The notes beneath the pieces were generated by a model. The model saw only the letters and a program-made list of their open reading frames with translations, was not told the DNA's origin and did not search any database. A DNA stretch of 34,028 nucleotides from the NCBI RefSeq assembly GCF_004010195.1, contig NC_057756.1, positions 4,495,936 through 4,529,963 on the forward strand. The letters are read 5' to 3'. This DNA comes from Chiloscyllium plagiosum (taxonomy: Eukaryota). Below are positions 1-12,400 of this stretch, one piece after another (position 1 is the first letter of the stretch; each line of letters starts with the position of its first letter). Made by a program: the position numbers and the translations under genes.

Positions 1-585
1 ATTGGAGAAATAAAACACACATTGAGTGACTACTTCACAGAACACCTGCTTTTGGTCCACAAAACAGATCCCAAGATTCCAATGTCTGCCACTTCAACGC
101 ATTGCTTTGTTCTCTGGAGAAAATATCTGTCTCAAGCTTGCTGCAGTTGTCCAGCGAAGCTCAGCACAAGCTGGAAGAATAAGACATCATTCTCCATTTG
201 GTAACACTACAGCTTTCCAGTTTCAATATCGAGCTTAACAATTTTTGGGCATGAGGTAACTTCTCCAATGTCTTTACCCCAATCCCCACACACCAGGCAT
301 TGCTATCACAAGGTCAGCTAATTCACCCCAATCATGATTATGCAGTAATAGTCACCATTATCAGACATTCAGCCTCCTTTGCTAGCTATTATCCATCCGT
401 TTGTCTGGCTTACTTTTCATCTCTTGCTTTGGGCTCCAACTCCACCTATCACAAAAATTCCCCTCACCCTGTTGCCTGCATAAAAAAAAACAACGTTTTC
501 CTCTCTGCCATCATGTCTGCAGAGGGGGTCACTGGGCCTGAAATGTTAACTCTCATTTCTTTTCACATTTGCTGCTAGGCCTACT
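1..585 (+). mobile_element. Penelope-like retroelement remnant: C-terminal GIY-YIG endonuclease region plus 3' pseudo-LTR (old, decayed)
   Basis: Position 1 reads IGEIKHTLSDYFTEHL (cf. YIGET..L..RF.EHL of PLE GIY-YIG). After frameshifts it reads LLQLSSEAQHKLEE*DIILHLVTLQLSSFNIELNNF, colinear with the copy at 18700-18970. A degenerate CTGcAGAGGGGGTC..CCTGAAATGTTAAC tail lies at 517-550. Confidence 0.8.
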
Positions 586-2310
586 CCTTAACGTAGCCTA
601 TATTCTCAAAAGGGCAAACTATTGACCTTAACTTCCAGAATTTGATACAATCCCGTCCTTGCATCTGTGTGAAAATACAAATATTTGTTCATGGTGTAGA
701 ATTCAATTGATGCCAATATGCTGCAAAATCATTGTTGTTGTTGTTGCTGTTGATTTGTTGACAGAGACAGAACTAAAGGAAAAGTCAACGCGTAAGAGGA
801 ATTCTTGTTCACTTTTAACCATTTGAAACAATGTAACAACAACAAATCATGCCTAACCGTAACTGAAATATGTGGGATGTCAGAAGTTCACAGTCCTCGG
901 TTTGCCTACATTTTCACAACCATGATAACACGCTTGCTAATTAATGCTGGGCAGGAATAAAAATCATGTTATCCATCAAATCCCTTACAAGTAACATGGT
1001 ACCGAGGTTATCTTTCCGTTTTTCTTCCAACGGTGCATTGTACAACGACACAAAGCAATGCCATTTCACGGAGTGAAGGAGAAACAGAATAAATAGTGCA
1101 ATACTGAGGCAAGGATACAGTTGTATTTTTCCCAATCTTTCAATCGACTGACAGCAATTCAGTAGACGGTATACCAACATCACAACATCAGAACTCCGGT
1201 ATCTGGAGTCCACACTCTCTCCTCAGAACATGAAATGACGAGTTCTACTTTTGTATTCCTCACAGTTCTCCACTGTTCAGAAAGGTGGTATAGATTTATT
1301 CCCTCAACTCTAGCTCTCATGCTTCCAGCACATTTCCTTTCATCTTTGCCCAAATATATAATAATTCTTTGGATGACTGCTTAAAAATGGTCCCTGTGTA
1401 CTATATGAAGATTCCCAAACAGGGATAAAATTATTTCGACACATTGCAGTCTACTATTCTATGATTTTAAACAAAGAATTATGTTTTCTCAGCATCTGGC
1501 ATATGCAGTCATTTAAAACTTTTTACATTTCCTTAAGACCTATCATGAGGCTAAGATGGAGGGAACTTAATTGAAGTCAATACAATCTCATTTCATCGGC
1601 AGAAGCATTTCGAATGCTTTCATGAAATGGTCTTTTTGCATAATGTGACGTCGATTCCATTTGTTAATTAACAGAATACATCCGTGTCTCACCGTGCTTC
1701 TCATATCTAATTCTTCTCAAAGACCATAGGATTTCATAAACACTAATTAAATTAACTCTTTTCAACTAAACTATAGTGAACAAATAAAGAGCTTGCTGCA
1801 AGTTAAATTATAAGAACACTGTTCCATTCAATTTATTAGTTGAGTTAAGTTTACTCAAGCTGTTTTCCACAAAATATGCAAATCTGTCATGCAACAGGCC
1901 ACATCTCCCAAAGTAGTTCAACAAAGTAGACTACGCATAAGTTTTTTTTCTTATTTGCAAGGCTGGTGTGAACTGGATATTCCGAGTGTGATGTAGCTGG
2001 CCAAAACAATCGCCTGTAAGCAAAACAGAATTCATTAAAACACGACAGTTGAAACACGAACAAAAGAAAATAGAATTAAGAATAACTTCATTGCTTGAAA
2101 ACTCAGCCGACTCGATACAGCAACTTAACTAAGGAGCAATTCACTTTACATTCCATAGACACACTCCTTGGCAAAAGGTAAATTAAACATCTATTCGTAC
2201 AGGCCGGAGAGTTCGCAGAAAGAATAGTCACTAATGAATCATCTGCTGAAGGTTGGAAGATTTCTCTGTACTGCAGCAGTTTCTCACTGCCTGCTAAAAT
2301 TAAATCGAAG
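585..2310 (-). pseudogene. Decayed intronless ORF of unknown product (candidate viral/giant-element gene)
   Basis: One minus frame runs ~2130 to ~585 (about 515 codons, ~21 stops by hand count, fewer than expected for AT-rich DNA). It includes ORF 941-1213 and the segment VILNSIFFCSCFNCRVLMNSVLLTGDCFGQLHH. ORF 2103-2351 continues upstream after a frameshift. No similarity to the TE families in this window. Confidence 0.4.
731..760. repeat. Short imperfect (GTT)n trinucleotide repeat
   Basis: attgttgttgttgttgctgttgatttgttg; reads QQINSNNNNN in the minus decayed frame. Confidence 0.8.
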
Positions 2311-2460
2311 TACAAAAACCTGAACTGGGACAAGTGGCCACGCCCTTGCAATTGTTAAACTCTGTTCATTCCAAACATTTTGGAATTTCTGCCTTTGTGA
2401 CTTCTCTTAAGAAAAACACCCAAGGACGAAATAACTTTGTTAAAGTAGCAGCATCACGCC
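2310..2460 (-). repeat. Truncated 3' LTR of Gypsy element 1
   Basis: Follows the polypurine tract. Its minus-strand start gatgctgctactttaacaaagttatttcgtccttgg matches the LTR start at 20131 (tgtgatgaagatgctactttaatgacgttatgaagtccttgg). Confidence 0.7.
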
Positions 2461-4149
2461 ACCTCCTCCTTTAAAAATATATACAGAGATGGCTTCATTA
2501 CAAACTAACTTTGCCTTACTCCGTTTGTACACTGCAACACATTTAAATTCATTTGACTCTAATCTTACAAACATGCACTATTACATTCAATTTCAGTCCG
2601 TTTACTGCTGTAACCAAATGCCTCGTTTTTTTCATCGAAGTCTGGACAATGTATCGTCATTTACCTTTTCTCTGCGGTATTTATAATGTACATATTGAAT
2701 GGTTATGTGCTAAGTTTAATTGAAAATCTGCAAATTTACTCTGAAATTTCTCCAAAAACTTTAATGGATTATGACCTCTGCATATTATTGCCTCAGTCAC
2801 ATTACTGGCGACATAAATGTTGAAATGTTGTAACACCAACACTAACCTCACAGTCTCCTTCTCAATTATCGGATATTTCTGTTGATGAATGCTCAATTTC
2901 CCGGAGAAACATCCGATATGTCGATACAAGTTCTCCTCGTCATCTTGAAAGTGCGTCACCAACACCAGCAACACTCACATTGATAGACACCTTGAATGGC
3001 TTTGCATAATTAGGTGCGACATCAGCAGTGTTCGACACAGATTTGAGGCTGTTCAATATCTCCTGATAGTCTACCATCGACTGAAACTTCTTGCATTTCT
3101 TCAATAATTCAGTGAGTAGAGCAGCCACTCTGATTAAATTTGGTAAGATTTCCGATAAAACCCAATAAATCCCAGGAATCATAATGCTGTTCTCTGCATC
3201 GATGGTATGGGAAACTCCCCAAAATGCCTTTGCTTTTCATTCGGTGGGGCCATCTGTTCCACTTCTGAAAACTTCGCCTTGGAACATGACTTGGGATGTG
3301 AAAAATTCACTCTTAACCAAGATTATCAACAAGCTCCTGATAAGTGATGCAAGTGATCCCTCCATGTGTGACTAAAAATAAACAGGATTTTGACGTGTAC
3401 CAGATAATTGAGTAATCCAGAAATTACTTTATTGTGGCTGGCACAGTTTTCATACCAAATGGCACGACATTGTGCTAATGCAGTAGATTCAGTGTCACAT
3501 TTTCGTCGCTTTTTTGGATAAACTTTCTTGTCAGTATCCTCAGACTAACTCCAGCTGAAAAATACAAGTTTCTTATCTCACCGTTTAAATATAGGCTTCC
3601 TAATGTGGAATCGGATACGAATCAGCCTTTGTAACTGAAATCACATTGCGATAATCCACACAAAACTGTTGGATACCATGTGGCTTTGAAATCATCACTA
3701 CGGGTGAGCTCCAGTCATGACAACCCACTTCGATTATAATATTTTAGATCATGCATTCACACTATTTTTTAAAACTGTGGCAGCATTCGAGATTTAAATC
3801 AAAAAATATGTCGCTTAATTGGATTTCGATTTCCTATTTCTACATCTACATCAATTAGGTCAGTACTTCCCAACTTATTTCCACATGTTTCCTCATGCGA
3901 TAACAATAATTCTGAGTGGTCATTTCGATTTTCCTCTGGAAGATAATTAAAAAATGTATCCGAATTCTTGACAACTTCCTCATTTGAGAAATGTCTAATT
4001 CCGAATTCTCTGAATCAGGTTCTTCATTTTCTCCATCTACATTCAATCCAAATCAAAATATCCTTTGAACATATTTATATGACACATTCTGTGAGATTTC
4101 TTTTTTTCTTGAGTACTGAACAAGTCGTTCGCATCACTCATACACTCAT

Positions 4150-6065
4150 CGAGTCATAGAGAATTATAGCACAGAAAGACACCCTTTGATCCAACGCGTC
4201 CATGCTGACAAGATATCCTAAACTTAACTAGTCCCATTTGACAGCAATTTTCTCATATCCCTCTAAAGTCTTCCTATTCCTACACTCACCCAGGTATATC
4301 TTTAAATGCTGCAACTGCACCAGCCTCCACCACTTGTCCAGGCAGATGATTCCATGCACGCACCACCCTCTGCATGAAAGCGCTGCTCCTCAGGTCCCCT
4401 GTACATCTTTCCCCTCTCAAAGTAAACCTATGCCTTTTAGTTCTGGACTCCTCGACCCAAAGGAAAAGACATTGCCTGTTTATCCTATCCATGCCTTCAT
4501 GATTTTATAAACATGTATAAGGTCACCTGTCAGCCTCCTATGCTCCAAGTAAAACAGCCCCAGCCTACTCAGCCTCTCCCTATAGCGCAAATCCTCAAAC
4601 ACAAGCAACATTTTTCTAAATCTTATCTGAACCCTTTCAAGTTTCACAATATCCTTCCATTCGATAGTAGACCAGAACTGCACACAACATTCCAAAAGTG
4701 ACTGAAACAATGTCCTTTACAGCCACAACATGATCTCCTGACTCCAATAATCAATGCTCTGACCAATAAACGAAGGCATACCATAAGCCTTCTTCACTGT
4801 CCTATCTACCTGTGGAACTACTTTTAAGAAGATATGAACCTGCACTCGAAGGTCTCTTTGTTCAGCAACACTTACCAGGACCTTACCGTTAAAAGTGCTG
4901 CTGTGATATGCTTTCGAACATGCAGCACATCGCATTTGTTGAAATAAAATGCCATCAGCCACTCTTCAGTCCATTAGCCAATCTGATTAAGATAACATTG
5001 TATGCTGAAGTAACCTTCTTCACTGTCCACTACAACTCTAATTTTGGTGTCAAATAGAGTCATAGAGATGTCGGTCCAACCCATCGATGCCGACCAGATA
5101 TCACAACCCAACCTAGTCCCACCTGCCAATACCCGGCCCATATCCCTCCAAACTCTTCCTATTCATTTAACCATCCAAATGACTTTTATGTTTTGCAATT
5201 GGACCAGCCTCCACCACATCCTCTGGCAGCTCATTCCATACACAAACCACCCTCTGCGTGAAAACATTGCCCCTTAGATCTCTTTTATATTTTTCCGCTC
5301 TCACCCTAAACCTATGCGCTCTCGTTCTGAACTCACCCATCCAACGGAAAAGACTTTGTCTATTTATTCTAACCATGCCCCTCATAATTCTGTAAACCTC
5401 TATAAGGTCACCCCTCATCCTCCGACGCTACACGGAAAACAGCGCCAGCCTGTTCAGCCTCTCCCTGTAGCTCAGATCATCCAACCCTGGCAACATCCTT
5501 GTAAATCTTTTCTGAACCCTTTCAAGTTTCACAACATCTTTCCGATAGAAAAGAGAACATAATTGCACGCAATAGTCCAACAGTGACCTAACCCATGTCC
5601 TTTACAGCCGCAACATGACCTCCCAAGTCCTGTACTCAATACTCTGACCAATAAAGGAAAGGATACCAAACGTCTTCTTCACTATCCTATCTACCTGCGA
5701 CTCCACTTTCAAGGATCTATGAACCTGCACACTAAGTTCTCTTTGTTCAGCAACACTCCCTCGGTCTTTATCATTAAGTGTATAAGTCCTGCTAAGATTT
5801 GCTTTCCCAAAATGTAGCACCTCGCATTTATCTGAATTAAATTCCATCTTCCACTTCTCAGCCCATTGGCCCATCTGCTCCAGATCCTGTAGTAATCTGA
5901 GGTAACCCTTTTGACTGTACACTACACCTCCAATGTTGGTGTCAACTTACTAACTATGTCTCCTGTTTTCATATCCAAATCATTTATATAAATGATGAAA
6001 AGTAGTGGACCCAGCATTGATCCTTGTGGCACTGCACTGCTCACAGGCCTCCAGTCTGAAAAGCG
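4150..6065 (-). mobile_element. CR1 (HER1-type) LINE 3' fragment, outer/older copy (4150-5053 plus 5946-6065)
   Basis: 3' tail gagtcatagaga at 4151. ORF2 C-terminus LECCVQFWS..KLERVQIRF..RRLTGDLIHVYKIM and FMQRVVRAWNHLP. GVPQGS..GPLLF-like segment near 6000-6030. Confidence 0.92.
5054..5945 (-). mobile_element. CR1 LINE 3' fragment, inner/better-preserved copy
   Basis: New 3' tail atagagtcatagagatg at 5054. WAEKWKMEFNSDKCEVLHFG and RGDLIEVYRIMRG..FTQRVVCVWNELP. Confidence 0.93.
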
Positions 6066-7168
6066 CTCCATCTCCTTTGACTTGATGAGGTCCGCTAAAC
6101 CTTGCTTTTAAAAGTTCGAATATCACTGGAAGTAAACCGACATTTCATCTCCTTTCGTAAAATTGCAATGTTTTTATTTTCTGTTTTATATCATCTTTGA
6201 TTGCACGCTTTGTTCCCTCCTGCTGTTTCAACCAATAACTTTGTGAACTTGTTACCAGACAGTCAGGAAAAAAATCTCAGGCCGCACCTCCTGTCATCCC
6301 TCAATTGCCTGGTCTTCAACTGGCTTTGCAATCACAGTAAGCACCACTCATACCTGTGACCCAGCTATGTCGTTAGCAAGAATACATTGTATTCCTGGAG
6401 CTTGGAGTTCTTCCAGAACTCCTCCCACCAATTCTTCACTTTCCATTGAACATTCTAATCTCATTTTACATAACTGAATACATCTTGTCCCAAATGAGGT
6501 TCCATTACTCATACTTATTCTGCCAGTATTTATTCTGAGTTATATATCTCCCCATCTCTCAACATCAAAGATTGGCATGTTCCTGTCTCTGTTAATACTG
6601 TAACTTCATTGCCTGCTGCTCCTGGCCTATGAGACGAAATCTTACTTTGACAAGAAAATTGTTTAAGAAGATGTGGTAGTTTCTCCTCAAACAAACTCCG
6701 ACCAGCTTGTTCATTCTGGTGCATCTGTGTCGACTCCATTATGTATTTCTTTACCACTTCAATAAAATTCAATGGCTTCTGCGGTTTTCATAGTTCTGCC
6801 TTCCCAGTGGGTTTTCTAAACCACCAACACTGTGGTTTCATGTAGCCTACTTCATTATAGTGCAAACACTGTAGATTTTGAACTGCTCTTTCTCCTTTGT
6901 GGGTTTACTTTTGATCCTGTGGTACGCTATCTCTATTATGTTCACCGAGCTCTACTTTTCCTACTTTTGTTCTCTCCTGAGTTTCTATCCCTCATAGATT
7001 GATGTTGGAAGCCAAACTTTGATCTGTGAACCAACTCATAATCATTCGTTGTTTCAAGTGTTAATCTTCTCATTTTAAATCTCTGCTTTTCCACATGAGT
7101 ACTCCTTATCACAGGAAGTGAATGTTTGAAATCCTTCAAAAGAATCACCTCTCTGAGAGTGCCACATT

Positions 7169-7513
7169 CATAGAATTCATAGAATGCCTACTTTACGGAA
7201 CCAGAACATTTGGTCCAACATGTCTACACCGGCTCTCCAATGAGTTACCAACCGAGACCCGTTTCCCTACCCCTTTATGTTACATTTATCCATGACTAAT
7301 GTACATACCTGAACACCATAGGGAATATAGCATGGCAATTCACAGAGCATGCAAGTCTTTAGACTGTGGGAGGAAGGTATATCACACAGATGAAATCGAC
7401 GCAGATGCAGGAAGAATGCGAAAACTCACATAAGCAGTTGCCCAAGTTGGAAACGAATGCAGATCATTGGCATTGTCAGACAGCAGTGCTCACCAGAAGA
7501 CATCATGCTACCC
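7169..7513 (-). mobile_element. HE1-like tRNA-derived V-SINE inserted in Gypsy gag (diverged)
   Basis: Minus 5' end gggtagcatgatg..ggtgagcactgctgtctgaca; central segment homologous to the 10752-11072 copy; CR1-like tail ttctatgaattctatg. Confidence 0.85.
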
Positions 7514-8576
7514 TTCAGTGAGATATCCTTGCTTGATCTATTTTAATGTCCTTACGACCTGCCAAAACTAATTTATTTAATTATTTAAAACTCAATAATA
7601 TATGTTTTTGACCAGAGTCTCTCCTTAGATTCCTGAAACGTTGCTTTTTTCAAGAAAATCTAGCATAAGTCCATATGCACTAAACGTGACTTTCTTCGCC
7701 TCCTCATACTCCCAAAATGTATTCTCTGATAGAGATACAAATAGCTCACCAGCTCTCCATGCTAACTTTGTTTTGATCAACAAAAACCACACAGCCGGTG
7801 ACTGCTTCATTTATATAGCCACCTTCTTAAATGAAATGAAAAAGATTTCTACATTCTTTTCCTCCAATTTAGGCAAGACTTAGATATAATTAAATAGATC
7901 TACTAGAGAGTTTGCGACAATGGTTACGCTATCTTCACAATCTTCCTCACAAAGCCTACGTTGCCCGTTCACCTCGATTCTTTTAAGCCGACCTTCCTGT
8001 CTAATTGCCAATGTCTGAAATACAAACTCTTTCTCTTTTTCTTCTCCTTCTGCTAAGGCTTTTCGGGTTCTTTTTCTCTTTCTTCTGCTTTTAAACATAA
8101 TTCAAAATGTTTCACTTGCAATTGAATTCTAGCCTTTTTCAAAGATTGTAATGGCGATCCCAGCAAATGTAAATACTGAGCCATGGCTGTAGTCATCTCT
8201 CCTATTCTCACTGATGGAGCATCTCCAAACTTCATCTTCTCTGCCAATTGCAGCAGTTTTGCCATGCTCACATTTTGTAAAACTCCCAAAGTCACTTCCT
8301 CGAACCCCAGAAAACTCTTATTGCCTCAAAGACGCATCACTGTAGCAAAAACTCGTTAAGCCAACCGAATTCAACACCTAGAACAAAAGATATTCACACC
8401 TACCACTCGCTGCCTTTGAGTCCAACAGACTTAACCCAAATCGGAATGACCGATTCTAACCCAGACGAGTCACTAATCTGAGATGGATCAGGTCAGATCC
8501 CCACAAAATAAGCCTAAGGGCAAAATAATCTTGCTAAAGTGTCAACAATGGTTAAAAAAAACCAATACTCGACCAA

Positions 8577-10600
8577 ATGGTTTCAGAGACACAGAAACGT
8601 TTGCATTTAGAAATAACTTCTGAAGTAGGAAATTTGAATATATTTGCTGATGAGTTGAGGAAGCAGAACTTTTGGGTAGCATTGGTATTCGTGCAGAAAT
8701 CTAGAGGAGTCAAGCACAATGTCTTACTGGGGTACCATTACTTGCAATTAATGCCATGGCAGTCAAACTGTCTCTTCATTTGTTGTTGCAGAAATAATGG
8801 AATTGAAACAGAAAATACAAAATGAAGGTCAGTGAAAACACAGGGTTTCTTTCGTTGGCAGTTTTAGAAATTTAAAACACCATGAAAGTTTTATGTCTGT
8901 GCATGCTTATAATTGATAAAGTGGACGGTTCAAGATGACTGGCTGCCTGTAATGTCTGGAATCCCTGCACCAAATGGGCAGCAACTGAAGAAATTCAACA
9001 GGATTGTAATGAAAATGTTGGAATAAACAGCCTCTATTTCCTCAGCGAAGTTGAACATTTCTGTCCAGAATTTGAAAATTGCATTTTATGAACAATGCAA
9101 TGTTTAAGAGCCACAGTGAAAGCAACATTGCCAACTGAACAGAAAAGTATGTCTTTTACTTTAAAACATCACATTCATGACAAAATTAACCGTGATTTGA
9201 ACAAAGTTGTATCGAATGAGTTTTTTGTTTACTTAGATCAATATAATCTATATTTTCTGTCACCAAGTCAGATATTACAGAGAATAAAATGTTCTCATTC
9301 CAGAACAAAAAAAAAACGTTAAAAACGTGTTACCATTGCCACTGAATTGATTTACTACTCTTGTCGAAACACATTCACTTACTGAGTGAAAAATGGCTTT
9401 GTAAACATAATGTCGATTTCTATTCTTTAAAGATAAAGAAAATGATTGGCGCCATGGAGTAATACGCACTGCAGAATTAAATAAAAGTTCAGATTTTATG
9501 CTGGACTCAACAATAGATTTTGAGTCATGTTGTTTCACCATTTCAAATGAAGTTCCAATATTATGACATTTATGGATCGTTGATGGCAATTTTCTGACTT
9601 AAAGTTGGAGACAATTTTTGAAACAATGCACATAAAACGTTTGAAATATAATTTCAATGGATATCGATAGATGGTAAGGCATTCTGGTAGGTGATCATTT
9701 GTCATATACACGGCATCCCAGCAAGATCTGTCTTATTTGTTTTTTGATCAAAAATGCATAAACCACATCAATTGCGTGCAACATGTCATTTTTCTGTTGC
9801 AATGCTAGTGGACTAGTTGAGCAGAATCCCAAGCAAGTTGAATATTTAATTGGAACAAAATTTTTAAACCTTGTGCGCATAAAATTTCATCATTTAAAAA
9901 AAAAATTAAGGAGCATAACACTGTTTCCTTACAGCCGACTTAAGACACCATACCAACTACATTTTATTTTTCTCTCTGTTACCATTCTTCCTAGTTGGGT
10001 AATGAGGGCAGTCAAGCCCAAGAAATTTGTGATATCTTATCAAATTTGTAATAGGCACGAAAGGAGTGCACGTGAACATGACAGCACTGAATTACTGGTG
10101 AAAGATCCGAAGCAGCACATATTCTGTATGACAGAGGACGATGTACTTCGAGCAATATAACATGTTTTAAAATTCAAACAGGGGAGAAATTAAAGGCAAA
10201 AGAGAAAGGTCAGTTTTAACAAAAAGAAAAGTCTCTGTCTTGCACATGTTAATTCTCTTTATGAATATGTTTATAAAAGTAATGAAACTAGACAAACTAT
10301 TTTCCTTGACAACTTAAGCCTGGAATGTCAACAGTGCAGTGCACATTGCAAAATTTCCAAAATCCCCCATTCCAAAATCCGTGAGCCAGTGCAAAATTGT
10401 GAACATTTTCCATAATGTCGACAAACAACGTATTAAGAGAATATTTTCCACGAAGGAATCCTTACAGGCACTCACAAAATTTTTTTGCAGTAATGTACGT
10501 CATTGTATGTGTACAGGAACATTAGCCATGGTGGACACATGTGAAGTACTCTTGAGCAATTTGTCCTTGAACGCATCGAAACCAATTTTGGCCCCATGAA
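8577..10600 (+). pseudogene. Decayed ~2 kb intronless ORF(s), Cys/His-rich, unknown product (candidate viral gene)
   Basis: Plus frames are nearly open: 8577-8825 (0 internal stops), 8882-9322 (2 internal stops in ~146 codons), 9783-10414 (2 internal stops in ~210 codons), 10318-10599 (0). One frameshift falls at the poly-A run ~9307-9316. Confidence 0.55.
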
Positions 10601-10751
10601 ATCTCATGGCACCTTGACCAAAACTGCAAAGGGAAAATGCTGTTCGGTATGGTAACACAATTCACAGATCCTTCTGCTTCACATAAATCGAGAGGGCTGG
10701 AAGTGAGGGCGGAAATGTTGACTCCAAAATTATAATAGTGTTACCATGGAA

Positions 10752-11072
10752 TTAGAATCTCTACAGAATGCAGGCCCTTTGGCCCAACAATTCCACACTA
10801 ACTCTCCGAAGAGTGACCCACCCAGACACATTCCCTTTAGCCTACACTTACCAGTGATAACAGCCTCTAATATTGGGCAATTTAGCATGACGAGTTCACC
10901 TAACCTGCACATCTTTGGAGTGTAGGAGGATTTCAGCGCACACAGAGGAAACTCGCACAGACACAGGGAGAATGTGCAAACTTCTTACAGACAGTCACCC
11001 GATGTTGGAATTGAATGCGGGTCATTTGCGCTGTGAGGCAGCAGTGCTAACCATGGAGCTACCATGCCGCCC
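10752..11072 (-). mobile_element. HE1-like tRNA-derived V-SINE
   Basis: Minus 5' end GGGCGGCATGGTAGCTCCATGGTTAGCACTGCTGCCTCACAGCGC with a B-box-like ATTCAATTCC; V-domain tttgcacattctccctgtgtctg..ccaaagatgtgcaggttaggtg; CR1-like 3' tail. Confidence 0.92.
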
Positions 11073-11269
11073 ATTCTGTTCCAATATATTGTAGTTGTTC
11101 GGTCAATTCATTAAATTGACGTGTTGATTCAAAAACATAGGACTTCTAAAGCGAGCAAAAAGGAGTGACCAACTAACTGCTTGCCTTGCTATTGTGTTAA
11201 CAAAGTTGACTACAAACAATATAAAATAAATGCTCGAGAACACAAGATTTGATCAGGCTTATTAGGGAA

Positions 11270-11855
11270 ATCCTGTTAGGGAAATAGACGAGACTGACGA
11301 CAGGTAAATCCCGAGGTTGCTTATCGAGAATGCTTGTAGAAATAACCCTTGAAATATTTAATGATTTTGTGGTCATCTTCCAGAATTCTACGACATTGCA
11401 ACAGTTTCCACAAATTGGTAGTTAGCTATTATAAACCTTCTATTTAAACCTGGAGGCAGCGTGAGAGCCGGAATTGTCGACCAGTTAGTCTGACATTGGA
11501 AGGAGGCAAGACGCTCGAATCCATTCTGAAGGATTTAATGGCTGAGCACTTGAAAAACAGTAGCATAATCGGACAGAGTCATGATAGATCACGAAAGGTA
11601 AATCATGCTTCACCAATCTGCTGATTTCATTCATTATATGACTCATACATGATGATAGAGAACCAGTGGAGGTTGCTTATCTGGAATTCCTAAGGCTTTT
11701 GACAAAGTGCAATATATGACAGCAGTGTACAAAATTAAGACACATGAGATTTCAGTTAGGAAGATTAAATGGATAGCAACTTAGATGCAAAAAGGAAACA
11801 AAGAATACAAGTGAATGAACCTCTTTGTTTGAATGACAGTCTCGAGCTGGTGACA
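11270..11855 (+). mobile_element. CR1 ORF2 internal RT fragment (old)
   Basis: Decayed NCRPVSLT, GKSCFTNLL and YLEF.KAFDKV motifs. Confidence 0.85.
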
Positions 11856-11859
11856 TAAT

Positions 11860-12400
11860 TCCATCTCGAAATGATAGACGGACCAGCAGGCAAAGGCAAT
11901 CACTCATCGAAAAATTACCTGATGAGCGCATGTAAACGGTGTCAATGATGTGCAATATTATAGATCTATGTGGTCATACCTTTCTTGATTTCTAAAGAAA
12001 CTAATCAATGTAAGTTCCTTCCAATAGACTCCGAGAAATATTCGCTTGTTTCTCCTAACTATGATTCTGTTTCATTGCTTTCAACAAGATGATAATGGGC
12101 TGCAATGAGAGACAAAGCTGAACTCCTTCCATCAGTTTTAGCAACAACTGTCATTCTGGCGAAACGACAATCTACTCGTCAAAATATATCAAATTTTCGT
12201 TTCCCTTTCCGCTTTTTCCAACGTTCTCTTTGTTAGGCTGTTCAGCACTAGGCTCTCTCTAGCCTTGGATAATCTTCCAGCATAATTAAAAGCTGGACCC
12301 AAATTTGTTCAGGGTTTTTTCAACATTATTCAATCAACAATCAACTTACAAGCAGATAACAGAAACAAATATCTGTTTATACCTACTCTCAATAAAAAAA
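11860..12400 (-). pseudogene. Possible decayed ORF fragment, unknown
   Basis: Protein-like minus segments GPAFNYAGRLSKARESLVLNSLTKRTLEKAERE and RVDCRFARMTVVAKTDGRSSALSLIAAHYHLVES, with stops and a frameshift. Not TE-like. Confidence 0.25.

Larger units (their letters stand above)
2310..8515 (-). mobile_element. Gypsy LTR retrotransposon 1 (Gmr1-like order gag-PR-[IN remnant]-RT-RH), decayed, interrupted by CR1s and a SINE
   Basis: Minus strand, in order: LTR stub ~8515-8479; degenerate PBS ~8478-8464; gag (AKLLQLAEKM; ILLKDFKHSLP); protease-like VLTETGTCQSLML and ILLANDIAG; integrase tail [11 protein letters not shown] (~6110-6075) and RMCHINMFKGYF (~4100-4060); RT ~3860-3250; RNase H (APNYAKPFKV; YPIIEKE..LVLQHFNIYV; HNPLKFL) ~3020-2700; polypurine tract AAAGGAGGAGG ~2473-2462; 3' LTR remnant. 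Confidence 0.88.

Noticed and set aside
9275..9589. Minus ORF with LLFNSAVRIT and FLTFFFCSGMRTFYSL, loosely recalling herpesvirus UL5 helicase
   Set aside because: No helicase Walker motifs nearby, and the plus strand has much longer open frames, so this is probably an antisense shadow. It is worth including in a profile search.
11000..11072. tRNA-like sequence
   Set aside because: It is the SINE head, not a tRNA gene.
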